Positions 27,001 through 39,000 of a DNA stretch of 64,000 nt are shown here, in pieces. The DNA comes from an uncultured Coriobacteriia bacterium (lineage in GTDB: Bacteria; Actinomycetota; Coriobacteriia; Coriobacteriales; QAMH01). A program made the translations under genes and the position numbers. Below the pieces are notes generated by a model. It made no database searches. It had not been told where the DNA came from and saw nothing but the letters and a program-made list of their open reading frames with translations. The first letter of the stretch is position 1; each line of letters starts with the position of its first letter. The DNA lies in NCBI GenBank assembly GCA_902475535.1, contig CABRZR010000001.1, positions 15,995-79,994 of the forward strand, given 5' to 3'.

Positions 27001-30000
27001 TGGAACATCCCGGAGATGTCGGTGGCACCCGAGATGTCAAGTTGTTCGGCCTCGATGTTGGTCAGAGCAACGTAGTTCTGGAACCACTTCGAGGGGTTCA
27101 TGATCCTGATGACGGTGTCGTCACCATCGACGAACACCTTCTCGATCATGGAGGTGATGTCTTTGCCCTTGGGCATGTCTGGCGGTGCGAGGCTACCCCA
27201 CGGAAGCTGGTTGTAAAGCTCCTGGACCTCGTTGGACTCGTTCGGCTTCTCAAGGCCGAGCGTCAGGGTGTGCTCGGACATGTCGTAGCGCCACCAGACG
27301 TTGTTGTTGCTGTCGAAGCGGCCCTGGATGATGGCATAGAAGTAATAGTCGTCGTTGGCGTACATGTTGCCGCTGGCTGGATAATGCGCGGCAAGGATGG
27401 CGGAGCCATCGTACCAGGTCCTGTCCTCGTTGAACCAGGTGCCCTTCTCCTGGCCATGGTCGACCAAGTTGGCAAGTCCGGTGCCCTCGAGAACGGTGGT
27501 GGGGCCCGTCTTGATGTGGTAGAGCGAGCGGCAGCCGGCGAGCATGTCGGTCACGTTCTTGCCAACCATCTGCCACGTGGAAAGGTCGAGGTCCTTCAGG
27601 GATGTGCAGTTACGGAACATCTCGGCAAAGGTGGTGACGGAGCTCGTGTCCCACTTCCCTATCGGCATCTGGTCAACGATGCTCGATGCACCCTTGAACA
27701 TGGCCGAAAGGTCGGTGACCTTGGAGACGTCCCAGTCAGCCAGCGGCGTGAGATCGGTGATGGAGGCGCAGCCCTCGAACATGGAGGCCATGGTCGTTGC
27801 CTGGGAAACGTTCCAGGCGGCAAGACGGTCCAGGCTCTCCTGATTGAGGGCGGCATTGCCCGAGAACATGCCCGAGAAATCCGTGACCTTATCGGTATGC
27901 CAGCTGTCGGTACCGACGAGGTTGGCCAGCAATGCGTCGCCCTTGAACATGTCCTTGAGCGACGTGGCGTTGTTGACATCCATGTTGGTAGCGTCGAAGT
28001 CGGTGAGCTTGACGTAGTCAGCAAACCACGCCTCGGGGAAGGTGACGTTGAGGCCACCCAAGCTGGATGCCGTCACCGTGTTGACGGTGGTCAGCTCGGA
28101 TTTGACCGTGGGACGCGCCGCAAGCCAGGGAAGGTCGGCCGCGACGAAGTTCACCGAGTTGGAGCGGTCGGTACCCAAGGTGAGCGTCTCGAAGCTGCCG
28201 TTACCGTCCTCGTCGGTGAGCTTCCACCAGCTCACGTCGTTAGGCTCGAAGCGGCCGCCAAGAACATCGCCATTCCAGATGTACGTGAGCGTATCGTCAA
28301 AGACCTCGTCAGACGCCGAGCGCGGCCAGAGCGGATAGCGCATGCTCAGGCGCTCGGAGCAATCGAACCAGGTTCCATCGGCAAGCTCCCACATGCCCTG
28401 GGTGCGGGCGCGACTTGCAAGCGTATCGTCAAGACCGCTTCCGACGAGCGCGACATCGCCAGCCACGGTGAGCGAGGCAATGGAGCTGCAGCCGGAGAGC
28501 ATGTTCTTGAGCGCGTCGGTCGACTGGGCCGAAATCATGTGCCAACCGGAGATGTCGAGAGCGGCGAGGCTCGAGCAGTTCTCGAACATGGAAGCGAAGT
28601 TGGTTACCTGGACGACACTCCACTTCTGCATGCCACTGATATTCGCGAGGCTGGTGCAGCCCTTGAACATCTTGCTCAGGTCGGTAGCCGAGCCGACGTC
28701 CATGCCACTGGCCTCGATATCGTGCAGCGCGGTGTAGCCCTCGAACCAGGAGCTGGGATTCTGCACGACCAACGGGCGGTTGACGTCAAAGGTCCAGGTC
28801 TTGAGCGAGGTTATGGTGGTCTTTGCGCGGGCGGCGGAGACCGCGGGGTCGGAATTGTAGACCAGCAGCCAGGGAAGCTCTGCGGCAAGCGTCTCTACGT
28901 TGGGGTTCCTCAGGGACTCGTCGGACTCGTTGATGCCGATGGTCAGGGTCTCGAAGCTGCCGTTGCCGTCCTCGTCGGTGAGCCTCCACCACTTGGGGCC
29001 GTCGGGCGTGAAACGACCACCCCGGACGCTGGAGTTCCAACGGTAGGTGATCTTGTCGGTGAACGAGCTGCGGCGCGGGTAGCGTCCCGCCAGACGATCC
29101 GAGCAATCGTACCAGGAGCCATCGGGGATCTCCCAGACGCCGTCCCAGCGGGCGCGACCGGCAAGGGTATCGTCCAATCCGCTGCCCATGAGCACCGAAT
29201 TGCCCGAAGCGATGATGGTGTTGATGGCCGTGCATCCGGCAATCATGTCCTTCATGCCGAGATACTCGCCGTCGGAAACGGTGGCGAGCTGCATGTTCCA
29301 TCCGGAAACGTCAAGCGTGGTGAGAGCCGTGCAACCCTTGAACATCGAGGTGAAGTCGGTGACGTGGCCCGTGTTCCAGCTCGTGAGGGCGCTGTTGTCC
29401 TGGAGGGCGATGCAGTTTTGGAACATACCGGTCATGAACTTCGCGTTCGAGGTATTCCAGGTGCCGATGCGAGCCAGGTTGGAGAGGCTCTTGCAATCCT
29501 TGAACATGTAGGCGAAGTTCTCGACCTTGGCGGTGTTCCAAGCGGCGGTACCCTGTACCGTGGAGAGCCTAACGTCACCCTCGAAGAAGCCTTCGAAGCT
29601 CTTGGTGTTGGAAGGGTCGAGGCCCGTGCCGTCGAAAGAGGTAACGAGCCAGTAGGCAGGATTCTTGCAAACCATGAAATCATTGATGGTGAGCGTTGCG
29701 GTGTTGCCATCGCTTACCGTATCGATGTAGAGCACGAGATATACCGTACGGGCAGACGGGACGGTAAACTCAACGATCTTCTCCACAGGAGTGCTCGTCG
29801 CGCTGAGCCACGTGTAGGCATTTGGAGAGACGAGGTTTGCCGTGTGGATAGCATGCGCATGCGCAAGATCCAGATTGTTCGTAACTTCGAAGAAGGTGCC
29901 ATATGTGGGCATCGTGTAGTTGAAATAGGTGTAGTAGGTGCCTGCATCCAGACTCACCGGCACATACATGAAAGACCATCCGCTGATGCCATGGATAGTA

Positions 30001-33000
30001 ATGGCGTTGCCGTTCACGCTAAAGCTGCTTGCAGAGCCGCTCCAGCTTCCGAAACCGGGGACGGAAGCATTGCTATGGTCGATTTTGGAACTAGCAAACC
30101 AATAGGAAGCATCCTCGGGGAGCTGCAGCTGGCCGTGGGACGTGATGTTTGTGACAAAGCCCACGGTCTCAATATCGAGCCAGGGCAGTTCATCGTAATG
30201 CTCGGTCACGGCAACCGCGCCGATGCCATCGGTGCCCAGGTCGAGCGTGCGCGTGGCCTTGATGTACTTCCACCAGGCTTGCTCGTTGCTTGGGAAACGC
30301 CCACCCAGGAAGCTGCCATCCCAGGTGTAGATGCGGTCGGCGCCGCGCGTGTTGCCGCCAAACGGATACAGGGCGGTCAAGTGCGCGGAGCGATCGAACC
30401 ACAGACCATCGGCGCGTACCCAGGTGCCATCGTACTTGGTACGGCCTGCAAGCGTGTCGTCGAGACCGGCGCCTTCGAGCACGCTCGTATTGCTGAGCAT
30501 GAGCTGGTTGATGGCGGTGCAGCCAGAGAGCATGCCGGCAGCCGTGGTTGCCTTGGTCATGTCCCATCCGGCAAGGTTGAGCGAGACGAGCGCCGTGTCC
30601 CCGGCAAACACCCTGGAGAAGTCGGTGACGGAGCTCGTGTTCCAATATGCCACCGCATCATTGTTCTTCAGGTTCGTGCAACCTGCGAACATGTTTGCAA
30701 GCGTGGTCGCCGACGAGGTGTTCCACTCATCGACACCCGTAATCGTGGTGAGCGCCCGGTCATTCTGGAACATGCCCGAAAGGTCGGTCGCGCCCGTCAC
30801 GTTCATATCCGTACCATCGAAGCTCGTAAGGCCCGTATGGTTGGCAAACCAATTGGCGGGGTTTTGCAGAATGGTAGAGCCGTTGGTATTGACGGACAGC
30901 ACGTTTGCCAGGCCGGGGATGTCCTTCCAGGGAAGCTGATCGGCAGTCTCGGTAATGGTCTTGTTTGAACCACTGTCAGAGCCAATGGTCAAAAGCTTGC
31001 TTGCCTTGACGTAGGTCCACCAGGTGTTCTGGTTGGCAAAGCGACCACCAAGCGTCGTGCCGTCCCAGGTGTAGACAAGTGCATTTCCGAGGGTGTTTCC
31101 GCTCGCGCCATAGCGGGCCTTCATATCCGTGCAATCGCCAAACCATGTGTAGTTGGGCAGGTACCAGCGGCCATCGGAATCCGTACGGGTGCTGATGGCA
31201 TCGAGCCCGGCACCAGCCAGCACGGACTTGGGACCAAGCGTCATCTTGGAAAGCGCGGTGGCACCGGCAAGCATGTTGGCAAGGCTGGGGGCGCCGCTCA
31301 CGACATCCCATCCGGAGAAATCAACGGTTGTGAGATGGTTATCGTTTTGGAACATCGATGCCAGCGTCGTGGCAGAGGCAAAATCCCAGCCCTTGATTGC
31401 CGATGCGTCGACAAGACCCGTTCCCACGACCTGACCCTTGTCGTTAAGGGCCTGGGCGAACATGTACGAGAAATCCTGCACATTTGAGACGTTCCAACGT
31501 GCGATGCCAGCCAAGGAAGCAAGCGAATCGCAATCGTAGAACATCCGCGAAAGCGTTGTCGCGTTTGCGAGGTTCCAGTTGGTGATGCCGACGAGATCGG
31601 TCAGCGCCGTGCAGCCCGCAAACATCTTGGAGAAGTCAGTGGCCAGACCGGGGTTCATGGAACCGCCCTCGAAGCGCTGGATGAAGTTGTAGTTCTCGAA
31701 CCACGAGGCGGGATTGAGCGGTGCGGCGTCGTTACGGAACACGACGGCCTTCATGTTGTCATGGAACAGCTTGTATTGATAGAGGCGCCAGGGAAGCTCG
31801 GTTGCCAGCTCGGGAATCGTAAGGTCCGTGGCACCGGCATCGATACCGATGGTGAGCGTGCCCGTGGGCTTGTCGAAGGTCCACCAGGCGCTCGGGTTCT
31901 TGATGAAGTGGCCGCCGGGGCTATCCTCCTGCCAATCATAGGTGAGGGTACCGGCAAGCTGGCTTCCCAAGGTGTAGCGCTCGGCCAGGCGCTGGGTGCC
32001 GTCATACCACACGCCGCCGCGCAGCTGCCAACGTCCGTCGTAGGCATTGCGGTCGGTAAGGGTGTCATCGAAGCCCGTGTAGGTGGTCGTGCTGCCGTTG
32101 GTCACGGCAAGAACGTTGTGCTCGCCAAAGACAACCGTCACGAGGTTCTTGCAACCCGTGAACATGTTTGCAAGGTTGGTGGCAGCTTCCATGTTCCACG
32201 TGGAAATATTGAGCGTCTGCATATCCGCGCAATTCTGGAACATACCCGAGAAGTTCTGGACGGTGCTGACGTTCCAAGGCGTGAGCTCGACGTCCGTGAG
32301 CTTGGTGTTGGCGAACATGCCCGAGACGTTGATGGCGCTCGAAGTGTCCCAAACGCGAATGTCATTCAAGGACGTAAGGCCAACGGCACCATTGAACATG
32401 TTGGAGAAGTCAGTGACGTTGCTGACGTTCCAGTTGCGCAGGAACGAAAGCTCGGTTAGCGAAGAGGTGTTCCAGAAAGCACCGGACATGTCCGTGATAT
32501 TGGTGGTGTTGAGCCAGTACTCGATGCCGGAAAGCGTCGTGAGCTTGACGTCGCCACGGAAGAGGTCCTTGATGGAGTGCAGCGTATCGCCCCAGGCGTC
32601 GATACCGGCGACCGTCTCGAGCGACGTGCAACCCATGAACAGGCCCTCGATCGAATGGTCGGTCGCCATGGAAAGATCCAGGCCGGCACCGTCAAAGTCG
32701 ATGAGAGCGGTGTAGTCCTTGAACCACTTGGAGGGATTGATGAGCTTGATGCCACCAGTGATGACGATGCTCTGGATGTCCTCGCCGGTGAAGATCGAAG
32801 CCCACGGCAGCTCGTCCCACCTGTCCTCAATCTCGTAGTTATAGGAGCCGTCCTCCTCGGCCTCGATATCCGAGGTGCCGATGAGCAGGGTGTGCGAGGT
32901 CTTGTCGTAGCGCCACCAGGCGTTCTCGATGCCAGCGCCGTACTGGAAGCGGCCGCCAGGCATGGTATCCCACGTGTACAGGTAGATTTGCTGATACTTG

Positions 33001-36000
33001 GGGCCTTCGGGGGCAAACGGGTAGATGGCCGCAAGGTTGCTGGAACTATCATACCAGCGACCATCCTCACGTAGCCACTTACCATCAGCCACGCCATGAT
33101 CGGCAAGGCTGTTGGTGATGCCCGTGCCGGTGAGTGCGGACTTGAGGCCAAGGCGCAGCTTGGCGATGCTCTTGTTGTTGAGGAACATGCCCGTGATCGA
33201 AGGCGCGGTGAGCATGTCCCACCCGGAGACATCGACGGCGAGCAGTGCCGTGTCACCATTGAACATGTTTTCAAGCGTTGCACCTGCAACTACCCAAGTG
33301 GCAATACCCTCGGCATTCACCAGGTCGAGGCAGGAAGCGAACATCGAGGAGAAGTCCGTGACCTTGGAGACGTTCCAGCAATCGCGCTCCACTCCGTCAA
33401 TGGTGGCCGTATGCGGCTTGAGACGGTCGAGGGAAACAATCTTGGTATTGTAGAACATGCGGACCATGCTCGTAGCAGCAGAGGTATCCCAATCCATGAC
33501 CTGCGTGAGATTGGCGAGCGCCTGGTTATGAGCGAAGGCACCCGAGAAGTTTGTCACGGAGGAGGTGTTCCAACCCGAAATGCCGCTGAGAGGCAGTGCG
33601 GTGTTGCCCTCGAAAATCGATGCGATGGACGTGATGGCCGAAACGTCCCAATTTTCAAGACCGGTGAGCGTAGTAAGCTTGGCGCTTGCAGTCGTCTTGA
33701 AGAACATCTTCTCGAGACTCGTGGCCGTGGACGAGATCCTCAGCTCGCTCGCGTCGATATTGGCAAGCTCGAGGTAGTCGGCAAACCAGCTCGCGGGGTT
33801 TTGCAGGGTGAGGCCATCGCTCGTCGTGACCTGGGTGCATATGGCCCTGATGTCGAGGTTAGGCCAGGTGAGCCAAGGCTGTTGAGCGGCGGTTTCGGTA
33901 ACGATTTTGTCCTTGTAGTTGTCGCGCGGGCCATGCAGGTCGAGCACCTTGGTGTCGCGATGGTATTCCCACCACGCCTTGAGGTTGGAGTCGAAGCGAC
34001 CGCCCACCTCGTTGAGCTTCCACTGATAAGTGCCTGCCATCTCTGCAGGGCCGATACCCGGACGCTCTCGATTTGATTTGTTGATCTCATCCCAGCTGCC
34101 GATCCAGTAGGGATCAGGCGCGGAGTTCTTCCAGATGCCGGTCATGGTGAGCACGACGGTGGCGTTCCAACCGGAGCTCGTATAGCTACCATCCGTGTGG
34201 AAACGCACGTACATGTATTGCGCGGTGGTTGTATAGCTTGGAGCCCCTCCGGTGCTGCCAGACCAACGGTTGAGATAATAATTGCCGTTGGAATCCCATA
34301 CGGAGACCCAGTCATAACCACGCTCGGTATAAATACCGTTATTAAAGGTCACGGAAATGGAGCTCGTCTTGCCGTTGCCATAGGTCCAGGTATGGTCGTA
34401 GCCATTATAGTAGCCGGGGTTGCCAAACTTCTGGTCGCCTTCGCGTTGCTGGCCGTTCGAAGCGAGCTGGTAGGTCAGGGTGCGGGTGGGTTGGTCGATG
34501 CCCTTACCATCGTTGCAATAGGCATCGTAGCCAGGGCCAAAGGTGACCTCGTCCAGATACTCGTCACGATAGAACATCTGGACGACGGTATCCGTGGCGT
34601 CGATGGTCCAGTTGCCCATGTCAACCTTGAGCAGCTTGCGCATGCCGCGGAACATGTAGTTGAAGTTGGTGGCAGAGCTCGTGTCCCAACTGCCCGTACC
34701 GGTGACGTACTGCAGTTGATTGACTCCGTCGAACATGCATTCAAAAGTGGTGACCTTGGAGACATCCCAGTTTGCCATGGAGGGCAGGGTGACAAGCTTG
34801 CTGCAGCCCTGGAACATGCTTGACACGTTCGTGAGAACGGGAGTGTTCCAAGTGGCGGTTCCAGCAATGGTGGTGAGCGCGGTGTTGTTTCGGAATGTCG
34901 AGGCGAAGCTCGTAACATCTTTGGTGTCGAGTCCGGCGCCGTCAAAGTTGGTGAGGCCTGTATGGCCATCAAACCAGCCGCCGAGAGACTTGGGGGCAAG
35001 ACCGCCCGTGGTGTGAACCGTCAAGATGGAGGTGGTGTAGTTGGCAACGACCCTCCTCCAGGGCAAGTTTGCTGCAGTCGAGTCCGTCTCGTCGATGGAC
35101 TTATCTGCATCCGCGCCGCCGTCTGCTCCCATGTGCAGTGCCTTCGTGGCCTTGACGTAATACCACCAGGCATTTTGGTTGCTCATGAAACGGCCGCCCA
35201 GGCGCGTGTCATCCCAAATATACGTGATCGTGCCCGCTGGTGGTGCGCGGCCTTGGTCATTTCCGGAATAGCGATCCGCGAGTCGCGAGGTGCAATCGAA
35301 CCAGATCTCGTCGCCCTCGTCATTGGTGTAGAGCCACATGCCAGTCGTGGCCTCGAGGCCCGGCAGGCTGTTGGAAAGGCCGGAATCACCCAGGCGCACA
35401 CCCTGGCCCAGGATGAGCTTGCGCAGGCCCTTGCAGTTTTGCAGCAGGTTGGCATGGGTGCCGTTTTCCATCACCCAGCTGTGGATGTCGAGCTCGGTGA
35501 TCTTGGCAAGGCCGGCAAAGGCATTGTCGAAGCTGGTCACGTTGATGGTGTTCCACTCCCCCATGCCAGTGACGCTCGTCATGTTGATTGCGCCGTTATA
35601 GAGGTTGCGCAGCGAGATGAGCTTCTCGGTCGTGGCAGAGTCGGTGGGCCAGGTGACCGAGACAAGGGCGGTGCAGCCGTCGAAGGTGCTTTCCATGGAC
35701 GTGACCAGCGAAAGGTCCAGACCACGGCCATCGAATTTGGTGAGCTGCGTGTAGCCTTTGAACCAGCTCTCCAGTGTGTGCGGCGAGATGGTGCCGAGCT
35801 CCGGCGAGGAGACAAAGGAGGTCACGCGCGTATCAGGATCGTTGTTCGGGTCTTCGATGAGCGAGCGCCAGGGCATGGTCACGGAACCATCGGCAGCCTC
35901 GAACTCGGTGACCTCGACGGAAAGCGTGGGGTCATCAACGCCAACGGAAAGCTGGCCCTTGTTGTACTCCCACCAGACGTTCGTGTTCTCGAAACGGCCG

Positions 36001-39000
36001 CGCATGTAGCCTTCGAGGAACTTGTAGGTGACGGTGTAGTAGTTGTTGTGGGTCTCGGGATAACGTGCTGCGAGGTCTCCCGTGTTACCGATGAGTGAAT
36101 CGGCGAGGTTCTCGTACTCGTGCTCCTCGTCAACGAGCTCGGCCCAGGTGCCGTTCTTGGGAAGGTGATCGGCGAGGGTGTTGTCGAAGCCCGAGTCCTT
36201 GGCCGGGCCATTGAGCACGACGCCGTTGGAAACCTTGAGGTAGATGAGGTCTCGAAGGTTCTTGAACATGTCGGTAAAGATCGCATCGGACGGCATGTAC
36301 CAGTGCGAATCGTCAACCGCGAGGTGCAGGCGGGAGAGCCTGACGTCGTTTGCGAACATGCCCTCGAAGGTGCGAGCCGCATTGACCGTCCACCCGGCAA
36401 TTGCCGTAAGGGTGGTGAGGGAGCGGAGCTCGGAGAAGGAATAGGCGAAGTCCGTGACCCTGCTCACGCCCCAGTCGGTGATGTTGTTGATGGTCGTGAG
36501 GTTAACGTCGTTGTAGAAGAGCTTGTGCAAGCTCGTGCAATAGGCGGGGTTGAGGCCCGTGCCATCAAAGGTCTTGAGGTTTGAGAGCTCCGCAAACCAT
36601 CCGGTCATGTTGAGCGGAGCAATGCTGTTTTGGGTGGCGACGGAGGTGATCTTGGTCTTGCCGTTGATGGGCGCGAGCCATGGCAAGGTCAAACTGCTCG
36701 TCGGGGCAAGGGTGCCATCTGCCAGCGTGTACTGCATCGTGCCATCATATTCGGAGACGGTCTTATCGGGAGCGTTTTGCTCGACGCCAATGGTAAGCAC
36801 GCCGTTGACGAAGGTCCACCAGGCGTAGAGGTTGCTCGGGAAGCGCCCACGTACCCCAGAGGCCCACGTATAGGTGTGGGTGGTAGAGATGATCTGTGTC
36901 AGAGTCTTGGTCACACCCGACTCGGCGCCAAAGTTGAAGGTTGCGCTCTTATCAGCGCCATAGCGGGCGATGAGCTGCTGGGTGCAATCAAACCAGGGGG
37001 TATCGGCGCTGTTGGAATCCATGGTCCAGTGGCCGGCAGTGGTCACGCGAGAAGAAAGCGGAGTGACACCGTCAGCTCCGTTGCCAAAGCCCGTCCCCTC
37101 GAGCACGGCAACCCTGTCGAGGGTAATCGAGCTGATGGAGGGCAGATTGGCGAGCATGAGGTCGTGAGGCGTGGAGGCGGTCCAGTTCCAGCCGGTGAGG
37201 TTGAGCGTGGCAAGGGCCGTGTCCCCGGCAAAGGTGCTGGAAAGCGTGCCGGTGGGTGACAGCAGAACTTGCGAGATGTCCATGCCGGAAGCATTGATGT
37301 TGGTGACATCGGTATAACCGGCAAACCAGAACGCAAGATTCATGGGCGCGAGCCTGCCGTTAATGATGATGGAGGTGACGTAGCGGCCGGTCCACGTGTT
37401 ATTGCTGCCGGTGGTATGAGCGCGAATGATACCCGCCTTGTGCCAGGGCAGCACGCGCGAAGTGGCCGAAGTCTCGAACTCCGTCACGATCTTGTTGCTG
37501 CCGCTATCGGTGCCAAGCGTGAGGGTGTGGCTGTTTGCATCGTAACTCCACCAGGCATTGTCGTTGCTGGGGAAGCGGCCGCGCAGGGCGCTCGACCAGG
37601 TATAGGTGATGTCATCGGTTATCGCGTTGCCGACGCCATCCTTGGCAGCGGGATAGCGGCGGGCGACGTCACCCGTGGAACCGAACCAGGGGGAGCCGGC
37701 GGAAGTGTAGGCCCAAGAGCCGTTGGTCGGCAGGTGGGCAGCGAGCGTATCGTCAAAGCCAGTGCCTTCGAAGATGATCTGCGGGCCAACCGTAATCGAC
37801 GTAAGCGCGTTGAGGCCAACGAGCATTTCGGTGCGCGTGGCCGTGTCCTTCATGTTCCAACCGGAGATATCAAGCGAGGTAAGGGCGCTGTTGTTCTTGA
37901 ACGCCGTGTCGTACTTGGTGATGTTGGTGGTATCCCACTCATCGATGCCCGTAATGGTCCTGAGTTTGGCATCGCCTTCGAAGAGTCCTTCGATGCTTAT
38001 AGTATTAGTGGTGATGAAGCCAACGCCGTTGAAATCCACGAGATTGGGGTAGTTGGCAAACCAGAAATTAAGGTTGGCCGGCGCGACCCTCTTATCGGTG
38101 CTGGTCACGACGCGCGTAACCACGTCTTTGGAACCAATGGCCGCAAGCCAGGGCAACACCTTGGAAGCAGCACCGGTCTCGGTCTCGGTGACGACGAGAT
38201 TGCCGGCCTGGTTGTCCGATCCGATGGTGAGCACGCCATCCGCAAAGGTCCACCACGTGTTGTCGTTGTCGAAACGACCTGCCATGACACCCGCTTTCCA
38301 GATGTAGGCCATCTTTCCAGCGGCAGCGCCCTCGGCGTTCTTTCCGGCGGGATAGCGCTTTGCGAAGTTCGAGGTCGAGCCGAACCAGGTCGAGCTGCTG
38401 GCACCGTTAGGAGTTCCTTCCCAAGATCCCTGGGTAACCTTAAGACCCTGCAGGTCGCTGTTGAAACTCGTCCCCTCGAGGATGACTCCTGCACCCACCG
38501 TAAAGACACCTTGTCCAAAAGCGGCAACGGTGCCGAGCTTGCCGCAAGAAGCGAACATGTCGGTTCTGGTGGAAGACGCATCCATGGACCAGCCGGAGAT
38601 ATCGAGCGTCACCAGGTTGGCGCACCCGGCAAACATGTTGGCGAAATCGGTGACTCCCGTGACGTTCCAGGAGGCGCCGTCGACGAACATGAGCAGGGAG
38701 CTTGCGTTCCTGAACATCCCATTAGTATTAGTGAGCGCCGCGGTGTTCCATCCGGAAACACCGGAAAGCTGCGTAAGGCTGGCAGCGCCTTCGAACATGG
38801 AGACGAAGTTCTCGATATGGGAGACGTCCCAATTCTCGAGACCCGTCACCGTGCTGAGACGCTCGGTGCTGTAGAAGAGCTGGTACAGCGAAGTGTTGCC
38901 GGCAAGATCAAGACCGGCACCATCGAAGCTCGTCAGGCGATGGTAGTTCTTGAACCAGGCCGCGAAGTCGACGGGGTTGAAGTTCTTGCCGGGGTTACCA

